Shown in pieces: positions 1 through 20,799 of a stretch of 63,221 nucleotides of DNA. The stretch's first letter is position 1, and each line of letters opens with the position of its first letter. The stretch covers positions 1 through 63,221 of the forward strand of contig LWCA01000066.1 in the NCBI GenBank assembly GCA_001642005.1, written 5' to 3'. A program made the translations under genes and the position numbers. This stretch comes from Intoshia linei (lineage: Eukaryota; Animalia; Orthonectida). The notes beneath the pieces are model-generated. The model was not told the DNA's origin. It worked only from the letters and a program-made list of their open reading frames with translations, and did not search any database.

Positions 1-469
1 AGAATAATTGATAATAATGAATCTAGCATTTTTAACCAATATTTTATTATTTACATTATTATTATTAATTTATTTTTTTGCTAGAATTGAAAGTTCGGAT
101 ATTAAATTAATTTTATATCTAGTCATTTCCAAGTAGACTCAATAATTTTAATTAGCCGCGAAAACTAGTCAAAATATGACTAAAACAATTAGAGTGATCT
201 AACACATAATTTAATACATAATTAGCGGAATTGAAAATTTTTCTGATGATTAAACTAATTTCTAACTCATGAATTGAATCGACCTTCATTACACAACGAA
301 CATTAATAATCGTTGTCATAAAAAATCACATGAACTTTACTCATACGATACAATTTTAAATGTCAAATCCGAATTATAAAAACATTCATAATATTTAACG
401 GGAAAGTTGAATTTGTGGGATATAAATTCGTTTCAAACCAGAGGCTATTTTATACATTGAATAATTTAC

Positions 470-1971
470 TTTGAAATAAATATCTGAGAATTTGATTCAT
501 CGCGAATTTTATTAACAAATCTTCCTTGTTTTCCGATTATCATACCACAAAAACAATCTTCAGCTAGCATACAGAGGGTCATATCACTAAAATAAAATTT
601 ACATTAAAAAAAAATAAAAACCCTTCGAAATCCTCTTCAACTGTTGCATTAAGGATTTGGAAACATGCCGATTCACATTCTTTACATTCACCATAAATTG
701 AAACCAACTAAAAATTTATTCATAATAACTACAGTAAAATTTTGAATAATGACAACATTTTCCATTAAAGTTAAAATCACCGAATCCACCAATCAAAGTA
801 AAATCTCAATTAGACAAACAAGATAGGAAAAGTATGGCATTTGCAAGTAATGCAGCAAATTTAAACAATAAGTCAGAGGTGGGGAAAGTGCGGCCTTAAG
901 GCCGCATGCTACCTTCTGAACAATTTTTCATACATTATATTAATTTTTGGTAAAATGGGATATTTCTGAATAATATTGATAAAAGCGGTTTTTTTTCCTT
1001 AAAGGTTGGTCAAATTAGGTTTTTTCTTTTTGGAGCGGCTAACAGTATTTTTGATCTAAAATTTTTCTAAAATGGGATTTTTTCATATCATTTTACTAAA
1101 TTGAATAAAATTTGCTAAAAATTTATCATTCACCCAATCATCCAAAATTTTCGTATTCTTCTCTAATAAAATTATTTACCCCTTGGGGTGAACCGTCACC
1201 CCATAAGAAGAACGGCTGTATTTGATTAAATTAATTATTAAATATCACAAGGCAGTAATATTGCTAAAAGGCGATATGTAGACAAAATGAGTTTGGAAAC
1301 CCTGTACTACCGTCAGGCACAGTCCAATTTTCTAATTATTCAAAAATTTTGATTCAAAATCAACGGTCCGTACCACTCTATTTTTTTATTTGATTACGAT
1401 CCGTACATCATGAGTCATGACTAGTATTCTCTCCCATTTTCAATAAATTATACAATAAAAACAAACATAAATTAGTTTCAAGTTAATTATTTTATAATAA
1501 TAATTTCTAACTCACCGCGCCCATACCCTCCGTCAAGACTAAAAAAATATTCAGTCCACACGTACCGTGCTCACATACAAACTACCGACAATTCTATATA
1601 AAGAAATATCCGCAATAATTGCTAACGAAAAATAATACATTATGGAAAACGTCAAAATTGAATAATTACAATTTTACCTTTTTAGAGTAAAATATATTTT
1701 CCTTGGAATCAATGCTAATTTTAGCACCAGAATCTTGGGTAATGGTTTTAATTCTTGCACCACCTTTTCCATAAATGGCACCAATAAATTCAACTGGAAC
1801 CAGAATACGTAAAGGCATTCCCTTGTAATTATAATATCTATTTTGATAATTTCCATGTTTCTTGCGCCCTTGAGGTCTTTCTTTCTTTTTGTTATCAGGA
1901 TTGGAATTATCATCGTCAATTATATTATCCGTCGTAGTGGCAACATTATCGTAAATTTGACCGTTTTCCAT
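470..1971 (-). CDS. KH-domain RNA-binding protein, IGF2BP/Imp-like (multi-exon; 3' part unresolved)
   Basis: Exons 1971-1678, 707-622 and 586-470 give PLRILVPVEFIGAIYGKGGARIKTITQDSGAKISIDSKEN..LVSIYG..ESACFQIL and LCMLAEDCFCGMIIGKQGRFVNKIRDESNSQIFIS. These are two GxxG KH domains resembling IGF2BP KH1/KH2. Confidence 0.8.
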
Positions 1972-3217
1972 ATTTCTAATAAAAAATTATAAAAATAATG
2001 ACGCAAATAAATTTTTTTTACATTTTATTCGATTTATATAAATTGGAATTTAATCTTTTTTTTATCTTTGCTAAACAAATTCAATAAATTAGTATCAAAG
2101 TGATAAGAAAACAAAATTTATAAAATTAAACATACACTTTGTTTCAGTTTTTTTTAAATTTTGTTGGTTAAAATTTGTAGAGTAGTTTGGGCTAGCCATT
2201 TATCACTCAACTTATTTAAATAAATAAAGATGTCTAGTTTCTAGGAAATTTAGTTAAAATTTTCAAAAAATTTAATAAAATTGTCATCATTTTGAAAATT
2301 GTAAATTGTGTTTAAAGTTTAATTTAACAATGTTTAATACGTTTACTTGTTTATCCTTTTTGAAATAGGTAATATTCAAAACTTGGATCTTTTTTAATAA
2401 ATTATATTTATCAATTTGAATGACACTAATTTTGAGAATAGTGTATATTTCTCGCTAGAAATGAATAACAATATTTATGGCGGTTTTCATGACAATGATA
2501 TTAATCGATTATATTTAATCCATAGAATCGTTGACGTATTAAATTTTTATTCATAATTATTTTTGCTATGGATGCTTATAAATTTAATTTTAATGTTTTA
2601 TCAAAATTTTACTTTATTGTGCGTTTTTTGTAATTTAAGTTTTAGTTTGAGCGTTTTTATGTTTAGTAATAAATTTGACAGCCAACTATTTTCTCTGAAA
2701 AGTGTTTCTATTTTTTATAAATCTAAGAATGTACAATTCAAAGTTTAATTACAATTGTACTACAAATTGTCAATTTTTTTGCAACTTGATTTTACTGACG
2801 GGGGACAAAGCTATTGCATTATCCCAAAAAAAGTTTTTCAGGAAACAGTTCATATGTAGTCTTTTCCAGTTAACCCATTTCCGTTTAAAATTTAGATTTG
2901 GATTATATTTTTAAAATTTTGCAAAGTGGTATAGTTTATTTTAAATTCTTTTTAAATTTAAAATATTTGATAACGATTGTAGTATCGTCACAGATACTAA
3001 CTAAACTTATCTTATTTAACTATAAATATAAACGAGCTATCACTCAAGAATCTTTCGAATAATGTATTTAACTTGTAAATAGTATATAACTTATTTTAGC
3101 TTAATTAATAAATAAATGTATTTACTACAACGATAACTATTTATACAGTACACATAGGTTTTATCATTTCTTTGTTTATACAGTGAAACATTTAATTAAA
3201 ACTTTATTTCATAAAAA

Positions 3218-6200
3218 ATGTTTTTAAACAGTATAAGAGGCATATCGATTAATGCAGTTTGTAATGTATTAAAGAATGAACCAAAAATTTTGAACGAAAA
3301 ATTTGTAAAATTACAACAAATTCTCGATAAAATGATTCGAGTAGACCACGCTGGAGAAACTGCCGCTGTACAGATATATAAAGGGCAATTAATGTTTAGT
3401 AGAAAAAATATGGATAAAACTATTGAAGTAATTTTAATTTTTACAAAAAAAATAGGTATATGATGTTAAATTTATTTTTTTAACTCAATAAGTACTTTAA
3501 AAAAAGTTATCCAGCAATTTCAAAAATATTCAGTGTTATCAGTTATGATGCGAATATAAATACTCAAAACAATCTGTATTGTACGTGGGAACATTTTTCA
3601 TACATGAAAAATTTATTAAGATTAATTAGAATTAAATTCAAAACATGATGATAATTATTTTAATTACAATTTTTTTGTTTTAATACCTTTTCCTTTACAT
3701 ATATGGGTAATTTAGCACATGAAGAAACAGGAAGATGATCATTTGTTAATTCTAAATTATTTGGCTGACAAGCATAGGATTCGACTCAGTGCTTTGCTTC
3801 CTTTGTGGAAAATTGCTGGTTTAACCTTAGGTAGTTAGTAGGGCAATTTATTTATGACCAAAAATTCATTTATTATAGTAAAATAGAATATATTTATCAA
3901 TATTCGTTTTTAAAAAATTTCTTTCATCGGATAATAAATTCTTCAACATCGAAAATAATCTTTCAATACTTGATAATGAGCCTTAACAATTCAATAGCTG
4001 AGAATAAGTTTTTGGTTATAGGCTCTTATATACCATATTCTTTATTGTTGACATTGATATTGACATTCTCTATTGTTATCATTTTTTATGAGCCTGTTTT
4101 CAATATATGTATTTATTGGACATTCATCTGTTCCAAATGTAATAGAGTCTATCAAATGTAATGCTTTTTCGATCGTCATGCACTCGCTCTCGAGTTGTTT
4201 AATTATAATTATTGATGGATATTTCTCATAGTTCATGCTTATATATAAAAGAGGTTCTCGCCGGTTTGGTTGATTTATAATTAACTAACTTATAGTTAAT
4301 TAATATTAAAATAACGCACTTGAAACATAAATTGTTGATTTAAGTGATATAATTTGGTACATTTGACATTTAAACAAAGGAAATCAATGAAAATAAACAT
4401 TTTTTTAAATTATGACTTTATTAATATTATTATGACAATTAAGAAAAAAATATAATATTTATGACTTTTTAAAAATCGATATACCCCATTAAATGTGTTT
4501 ATTATAGTTCCCTCATACATTTCTAACAATTTTTTATTATTAAAAATAAAAATTATTTTCATGACATAATTCGCCCTAGTAATTACATACATATTATATG
4601 AACAAATTATCGTACCTAACAAATCTTCTTACCTTTAAGTATTTTTGTAATTTGTGACTTGTGAAATTAGTAAATGAAATAAATCCCGTGATAGCATTAA
4701 TTTTGAAAATGAGAAAGATTTTTGGTGTAATAGGGTTCCCAGGGCGGATCCAAGAGGCTAGTTAATGGGGTGCAATTTCAATATCAAGAAAATATTTTTA
4801 GGGCGTTTCTTTTAATATCATGGCGTCTAGTTTGATTTTAAAGTGTCTCTTTTAATTACATTTAAAGGTTTTATACAATAGTTTCCAAATTTTTATTTTT
4901 TCGCAAAAATAAAAAAAATGATGAACACAAAAAAAAAGAGAAATTAATTTTGTTCATTAAATTATCCTAAATCAATTAGGTTCAGTCTTCTTGGATGAAT
5001 TATTGCAAATTCATTAACCAAACTTTCATTATCAAAATTATAGTCATAGTGGCAATTCATGAGGGCCACTCCACATAACAAAAGGCATAGTCACATAATC
5101 AATTGTTCGTGTAATGTTATGCGCCATCTATATTCTTTTAATAAATTAAAACCTTTTTCAGTTATTTTACAAAGCATAATTAAAATTTAAATATTAAATG
5201 TTAACACCTCCTTGAATCCGCCTCTGGTTTTATAGCTTTAACACAAAATGAGCAAAAAATATCACTAAGATTTCACTTTTATTTTCTCTACTTATTTTTT
5301 GTGTGTAGAAAATTTAACATTTTGTGTAATTCTTTCTAGAGAATGAAAGAAACGTACATAAATTGATAAATTTGAAATAATAATAATAAATCACTGGGTT
5401 CCATCATTTTAAAATGTTGAAGTATTTGACGACGTCAAATTGACGTAGTGTAGATTAATGAACTATAGTATTCTACAATACGGTACAAATCATCACTTAA
5501 AGTTCATTCTCTTTTTCGGGTTAAATGTAGATAAATGCTGTTATTTTGGTAATTTTATAGTTCGTGTTGATGAGCTATTTGAATATCAGCATTATGCATT
5601 AATTAGTTTTAATTAGGAGCAACTTCTGCAATAATTGGAAGAGAAGCTGCAATGGCTTGTACTGAAGCTGTTGAAGATACTATAGGACAACACTATAATG
5701 AGTAATATATTATGTTTTTTTCATTTTACATTTACTATGTATCATGGTGTTCCGATGATTAAAAGAGTTTTTTCAAAAAGTATTTTTGAGTATATGAAAT
5801 AGTAGATCACCGTTTTGCAATTTAGCTGGACGACCTAAGTCTGGTAAAGTGATTGAGGTGAGTCAAAACTTTAAAGTCTGTCATTTTGGATTAAGCTATA
5901 TTACATCTAAAGAGATTACAACGTATAGATTACCCCAAAATACCAAATATTTGTGTAATTTTAGTTTATAGTCAATTGCGAGAATTAATTGATATGAATC
6001 CAGACGATAAAGAATTTGTTAATGTAAATTATATTTGGCTTGTATTTATCGTGTCAGTATTTTAGATGGTTTGTCAGTAGAAATATTGAATTGTTAGTTG
6101 ATATAATGGATTGTCAGTGTTTTAGGTGTCAGTATAAATAATTGATTGTCAGTACTTTAAATATACTGTCAGTATTTAAATTGAATGTTCTGTATAAAAT

Positions 6201-6701
6201 GAAACTGACAAAAAACGCTTTTGTAAAATATTCTATTTCTCATAAAAAAATATTGTCTGGTGTAAACACCATAGAATATTCCTAATTTTTTTGTAATATG
6301 GTATCTTAATATTTCAGTTTTAACTTGGGTCTGTAGTGGATGATATATTATTTCAAAAACTAGATTTTTAATTTTTATACTGACACTCCAAAATCATCGA
6401 ACTTACAATTCAATTTTATTACTGACAATACAGAAAAGTTTTTATTAAAAACTGTCAGTAATTTAATTAAATACTTCCCATTATATTTTAGCATGCCAAT
6501 AACTTTCATCATTTAGATATTGAGTCAATTACGAGATGAAGAATTGGAACATAAATCGACAGCCATTGAACAAGATTCTGATCAAGTAATTTTAAATAAA
6601 ACTTGTAAAATAATATTAATTAGGCACCTTGCTACAACATTTACAAATCAATAGTTCAAATGGGATGTAAAGTTGCAATTAAAATTGCTGAAAAAATTTA
6701 A
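3218..6701 (+). CDS. COQ7: 5-demethoxyubiquinone hydroxylase COQ7/CLK-1 (6 exons)
   Basis: Exons 3218-3427, 3716-3830, 5617-5701, 5972-6023, 6517-6585, 6624-6701. Motifs [66 protein letters not shown]. Confidence 0.97.
3870..4240 (-). mobile_element. Decayed hAT-like transposase fragment in COQ7 intron 2
   Basis: Minus-strand frames give [24 protein letters not shown].. and [20 protein letters not shown], an S-x-x-ER-x-FS C-terminal hAT motif, broken by frameshifts. Confidence 0.6.
4740..5226 (-). mobile_element. Internally deleted hAT (Tip100-like) element
   Basis: Imperfect TIRs CAGGGCGGATCCA / TGAATCCGCCTCTG. Internal minus-strand remnant [30 protein letters not shown] resembles a hAT dimerisation-domain C-terminus. 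Confidence 0.7.
6050..6470. repeat. Element with TGTCAGTA arrays at left and inverted ACTGACA copies at right (COQ7 intron 4)
   Basis: About 6 copies of tgtcagta in 6052-6175 and actgaca copies at 6205-6430; looks like subterminal repeats of a DNA-transposon derivative. Confidence 0.5.
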
Positions 6702-6982
6702 TTTGATTTATTTATTAATATTTAAATATTCAATTTCCTTTTTTTGTTTTTTCTTATTTCGTTCCTTAAATTCTAATCTAAATTTAATAAATTGATATTT
6801 TTATCTCAAAACAAAATACAAGGCTCTTCACTTGAAATTTTAAACACAATTAAAATACACAAAATAGTTATGATATTCAAGAATATAATTTTGAAAAAGG
6901 GTGGATTTTATAAAAATGACAAAAATCTATACGGTTAAGTTCAGCACTTTCTGATAGATTTATTAGAAATTTACGTAAAGTT

Positions 6983-15226
<8,244 letters not shown>

Positions 15227-15228
<2 letters not shown>

Positions 15229-15553
15229 GAAAAAAGAGCAATATAAAAGTGATTTTGATATAGTACGTAATACTTAGCAAATACACATACAATAATGAAA
15301 TTTAGATTAATATTAAACAGTATGTGGAGAAAAATACAAATGCTCGAGGTTAGCAATCATGATCTCCATAGAATATATTAAAAGTTGAACACGAAATTTA
15401 GTGACTTCAGATGCTGTTAGAGGTGTTTGTGAATATTTGCAGGTGTTTGTGAACGAAGCTGTGGAAAGATCAATATTGAACAGTAATTCAGACACAATAG
15501 AAGAAGTAGATTTAAAAAATGTACTATTACAATTAATGTTAGATTTCAACTAG
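15227..15553 (+). CDS. CENPX: Centromere protein X (MHF2/STRA13), 3 exons
   Basis: Exons 15227-15262, 15306-15348, 15402-15553: MKKEQYKSDFDIINIKQYVEKNTNARVTSDAVRGVCEYLQVFVNEAVERSILNSNSDTIEEVDLKNVLLQLMLDFN*. Matches the CENP-X histone-fold pattern FV.EA..R and QL.LDF. Confidence 0.88.
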
Positions 15554-15573
15554 TAAACTTATAAACTAGATTT

Positions 15574-18500
15574 TCATATTTTATCCACTTTTGACGTCGA
15601 GTATGCATTGAACAATTCCTTAGTGTTTTCTAGAAATATGCTAATAAAATAAACAATATTCATTACCTTGATCATCTGATCCATTAGTAGTGGGTGGTAT
15701 TGCTTCCTCAGTAGATGGTGATGATATGGCATTCTTAAAATTCCCACATATTGGTGTTACAGTATTGAAAGGATGTGTTTGATATTCGTAATTATAAGTG
15801 GGCATACTTCTGTAATCCATTGCCGGCTTTTGAATAGAATTCGGCAAGCCTGCTTCTCCAAGCATTAAATTGGGTGGATGATTTAAGTTAGTTGGAGGAA
15901 AATTGACATTTGAACCTGGTATACAATTTTGTGTTATTCCAGTGGGCGTATTTACATTTATACTTTGTACAGTTGGTACACTAGGTAAGTTTATTGGATT
16001 CATGTTCATGTAATTAATTGGAGGTGGCACAGATAAATTCGGAGTTCTAAAAAATTTACAATGAACAAAGTCACACCAGTTTGACTAAATTTTGAATAAA
16101 AATTACATTTGCGAAATCGGAACAACCATACTTTTGCTCATATACTTTTTATAAGGATGCAATTCTTCTAAAAATGTAAAATAAAAATTGCAAATACATG
16201 TCAAAATTATTTAAATGTAAAAGAATTTAAAATATACAAAATTTATAATTAAAAAAATAAGCTAACTTGTACAAAATTGACGAATTTTTTATCAGGTCGA
16301 TCATCCTTTTAATGTTAAAAATATATATGAATAAATTTTTTCAAACCTTCAGAAAACTTTAATCCCAGTTTTTGTTCTTGTCTTTTAATCAAGTCTTCAG
16401 CTGGTATTCCATTAGAACCAGAAATTTCTATATTTATATTATCGTATGCAGCGTGAGAATTCTGGATATGTGAAATTATTTCTCCGTGTACCTATTAAAT
16501 GTATGTACAATTCAAAATAAATAATTAACTTATATGAGAAACCCTCGTTAAACTCAATAAATCATAAATTCATTAATTCTAAAATATATCTATTAAGGAT
16601 ACTTGGAGGATTATCATTGTATTTACTTGGAATGTGATAAATATAAATTTCATTATGGCCTAAAAAACACCGCGTCTTTAGCTTTTTGTTTTTTAAATTT
16701 TTTCTAATATTCGGATAGGCATGACACTACTTATTCTGATTAAAAAATCAAAATATTCTAGCACACATCAGTTACATTTTGCAGCTTTTTTATAAAATTA
16801 TATAATTTAAAAAAACATGAATTTATTGGAATTGGATAAAATTTTTAATATAATTTAATACAATAATGTAATATAATTTGTATTACAAGTTAGCTCCGTC
16901 GAAGGTTTAAAATGTATCTTGATAAATTTAAATGTAGTTAAAAAAAAGTACTAATTTAAGACTCAAATTTTTTAGCATTAAATTCGTACAAAAAATGTAA
17001 TATAGTTAACCTAAATTAGAGATTATAAACCTTTTTTAGAACATATCCCAGTTAGTTATTCTATTTGTGTACCCGGTATTATAAATAAATTTTTACTAAC
17101 GTAATACAAAAATTTCTCCATTTTTTTTCGTTGCCTCAAAATTTATCTGTGGACCCCTTGAGAACCACTGGTCTATACTATAGACTTTATAGGTAACCCG
17201 AAAAAGTTGATTTTACGTGTAATGTAAGTAGTGCATCCAGAAAATTTTTATTTTATATAGTTTGTCGATGTTGCCTTAAAATTAGAGTTAATTAATTAAT
17301 AACAAAAGCTTCAGTCAGTTTGTGGAAATTTTGTTGGACAGTGTTATAAGAGTAAAAAAAATTAATGAATTATCATGACACATCAAAAATATACCCGGTG
17401 AATTAGATGAAATATAAAAAATGACAATCCGAGGACTAAGTTTGACAATAGGTGATTAAGGAATGTGGGTTGACCCTTGAAGTAATTAGCAAAAAAGCTA
17501 AATTTGAGTTTATTTTCATATTTATAAAAATGTAGTTTTTTAATTCTTGATACAAGTGATTTTTATGTAAATATATTTTTTTTATAAAAAAATCCATCTT
17601 AAAATTTGTTTCAAATCTATAAAAATGATTTGTAAAAGTAAAAATATGTCAATTCTTATTTATATACTTACTTGTATATAAAGTAATTTAGTTAAAAATG
17701 TATGTCTGTTTGTTCCTGTATATTTACGAAAGTAAGAGGTATCTAGTTTTAAAAATTCCAATTTTTAAAAGTTTTTCAAGAGTGTTGTTATATCGCAAAT
17801 TTGATTTTTAAAAATTGATCCCTTCAAGGTCAAAACCCAACTATTCTTTTTTTTTTTAAATTCAAACCTGCCATAGAATTATAAAAGAAACACAGTCTGA
17901 TAAAGATTTTAAATTCATCAACATTATTATAATTTTCAATTTCAAACTCATATAATTGTCTACTACATAAATTCTAAGATTATTTTTAAATTCATAAGCA
18001 TTTTATAAATGCCAACCTCAAAAAAGATAATTTTTACGATCCATTGTTTATAGAAAACAGTCCTATAATTTAAAAAAAAATGATTCATTTTTCTGTAAAT
18101 ATATTTTATTCTTATAAAACACGAAAACATCAATCTTAAAATTTGTTTAAAATCTAAAAATGATTTGTAAAAGTACAAGTACGTTAGGAAAATTTTATCA
18201 ATGAAAAATGATAAGAATGGAATGAACATCGATAAAATACAAATTAAACGAGGTAGAATTGAATTTAAAAATGCAATGTGAACACAATGATGTAAAATCG
18301 GATTTTTGAAAAGAATATCGGTGTAAGTCAATTTTTCCATGAAAGCTTAAAATGATATTTTTGATTAAATTTTATTAGTGGTGGAATTTTTGAAATAGTA
18401 AATATTATAATATAATCATATTTTCATAGTAATAACAAACATAAATCAAATACATGTATGTCTCAATTTTTTTTTGGAAATCCCGGGAAATCTCAAAATC

Positions 18501-19004
18501 CCCGAAAATTTTGTCCCGGTACAATCACTACACAAGACACTCAAACATAGCTAACACATTCGATAGTAACATTCCATTAAATAAAGTTATATTTTAATTT
18601 TTATATGTGATATTTAAAATCGCAAGCGTCTCCGAAAAATGTTATCTAATTTAAATGTTTTTTTGTATTGCCATTTTTAATTAATTACTCAACTTTTTCC
18701 GATCTAGCACTTAATTTTTAAATTTTTGTCACACACCTAAAGTACGTAATTTAAAAATAAAATAAAAATTTTAAGATAATTTGTTAAAAATTACCTCTAG
18801 GCAATGAATCACCAACCCTGGACCAGAAAACAACTTTCGTCCACAAAGAACACATTTAAAATGCTTTGTACGTTGATGATGTATTAAAACTTTTTCATCA
18901 TCAAAATCTCTTCTACAGTACCTAAAATTTATATAATTTATAAAATTGCTTTTTTTAAATTACCAGCACCAAGGCTTTAATACTTTTGGTCTTTTTCTAC
19001 CCAT
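15574..19004 (-). CDS. ZNF207: BUB3-interacting zinc finger protein BuGZ
   Basis: MGRKRPKVLKPWCWYCRRDFDDEKVLIHHQRTKHFKCVLCGRKLFSGPGLVIHCLEVH, GLEBS-like INIEISGSNGIPAEDL, then a Pro/Asn-rich tail (ORF 15641-16030). The last exon is tentative. Confidence 0.93.
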
Positions 19005-19676
19005 AGTTCTTTATATAATTTCTTGATTTGAATGGAAAAAAATTAATTTTGCTCAATAATCAATTTTACGATAAAACCAATAAAGTTTTGTTTAATTTTA
19101 ACAACGGTAGTTAACTTTTTATACAAATATATGCAACTTTGTTTTTATTGTCGACAAGTTGTCACTGACAATGAGAATATGTTGAATATTTTGTAGCCAC
19201 CGTTGCAAGAAAATAAAATACAAGTTTAGCAAGTTGTATTTATTTGCCTAGATAAATCATCAAATTCATTAATCGTGAAACATTCTCATTTTTGAGTTCA
19301 TTGAAAATTTTATTTGGTTACGATGCGTGAGTTAATGTTAATCTTCATGAAAAATATCTTTTTACTAATAAAAACGGTATACAAAAACACGAAATGCCCA
19401 TAAAAAAAATGTTTTGAATATCTGACAATAAAAAAATTAATGTTAATCCAAGGTGAAATGGTAAATATTTTGTTTTCAAATTTCTGTTGGCGTACAAGTG
19501 CGTTGAGATCAGCGGTTGAGAAACACTGGTTAAACATAGATAACACTTTTTTAAATGTACATGATTATTTCTGATTAAATGATATGTGAACTTAACATTG
19601 CGATTGCATGAGTAGCTTTGAACCAAAGTTTATTTTATTTAATTAAAATTCTAATTTCTATAAAAGTAACATTAAA

Positions 19677-20799
19677 ATGGAAAAATTGAGTCCAATGTTA
19701 ATATTTGTTTTAAATGGAATAATGAAGAGATTAGATTATAACAATAATTTGTTGGGTTTGTATATAAAAAATTATAGGTGACAATCAGATTTTAGAAAAA
19801 TACAAGCAATTGCATCAAACGGATTTAGATCTAGCCAAATATGGCTTCAAAGATGAAAATGACTTACTGAATGCATTGAATAATCAAAAGTGTCCCCAAG
19901 AAACTATACAAAAGGATTCATTAAATACAAGTCATACAAATGCAAAACAGGAATCATGCACAAGTTTAAAAAATGTATCGATGGTTGAAACTGCACTAAA
20001 AGAACCAGTAAATATGGAAGAACCTAATTCAATGAAAAATAAAAACGTAGAATTTAAATCATGTAACACACACTTGAAAGATGGCTCGATAATTGAAAGT
20101 ACGCAAAAGGAATCTAGTACACCAAAAATGGAAAATGAAAATGTAGAATCTAAATCAAGTGACTTTAGTTTCAAAGATATATCGATAGTTGAATCAAAAA
20201 AAACGGAAGAATCCAACGTTTCAACCGAAGATGAAAAATTAGATTACAATATAGAAAACATTAAGGCCAATTTTAAAACTCAAGACTTAACATCTACCTT
20301 TTGTGTTTCACCTTATTCTCATTGGGTTTTTAAATCAAAATTAAAAATTATCACTTTATTAATTTAGATTACTAATAACAGAAAACTAACAAAAGTAAAT
20401 CTAATGATTACTAATTATTTTAAAAAGAATAAACACTTGTTGGCTACTAGTGAGGTGAACAAATCAATGATATATATGACTGAATATAATGGCTCTGTAA
20501 TGAGGATTCGTATTTTACAGCATTTACCTCATGTAATTTTTAATTTGTTTTTTTGAAAATATATTAATATTTTTTAATGTTTATTAATTCTAAATATGGT
20601 TTGTTATGGTGGCTTTTAACTATTTTTAAAAAATATTAATGTTAATGTTTAATTTATTATTTTTTAGATTAAAGAATATGTATCGTTTTGTGTTGATTAC
20701 GGGTATGTAATTCTTTGCCAACTCAAACAAATTTACAAATGTTCATTGATCAACGAGGACCCGTTAGCATCTCATTTAGAATTGAAAAATTTACTTTGA
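19677..20799 (+). CDS. LOTUS (OST-HTH) + extended Tudor domain protein, TDRD5/TDRD7-like
   Basis: N-terminal ILEKYKQLHQTDLDLAKYGFKDENDLLNAL fits a LOTUS pattern. An acidic linker is followed by VSPYSHWI ... YNGSVMRIRIL ... FCVDYGYV, a Tudor pattern. Four exons. Confidence 0.65.

Noticed and set aside
888-905. Perfect palindrome TGCGGCCTTAAGGCCGCA as an operator-like site
   Set aside because: It follows CAGAGGTGGG and is a typical subterminal motif of Buster/Charlie hAT ends; a related copy starts at 10513.
1255-1280. U5 snRNA (TCGCCTTTTAG on the minus strand resembles loop 1)
   Set aside because: The invariant GCCUUUUAC is not matched, and I see no properly placed Sm site and 3' stem.
15313-15549. 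Minus-strand 78-aa ORF; likewise 19932-20216 (-), 23117-23308 (+) and 61515-61709 (-)
   Set aside because: These are antisense shadows of real exons on the opposite strand.
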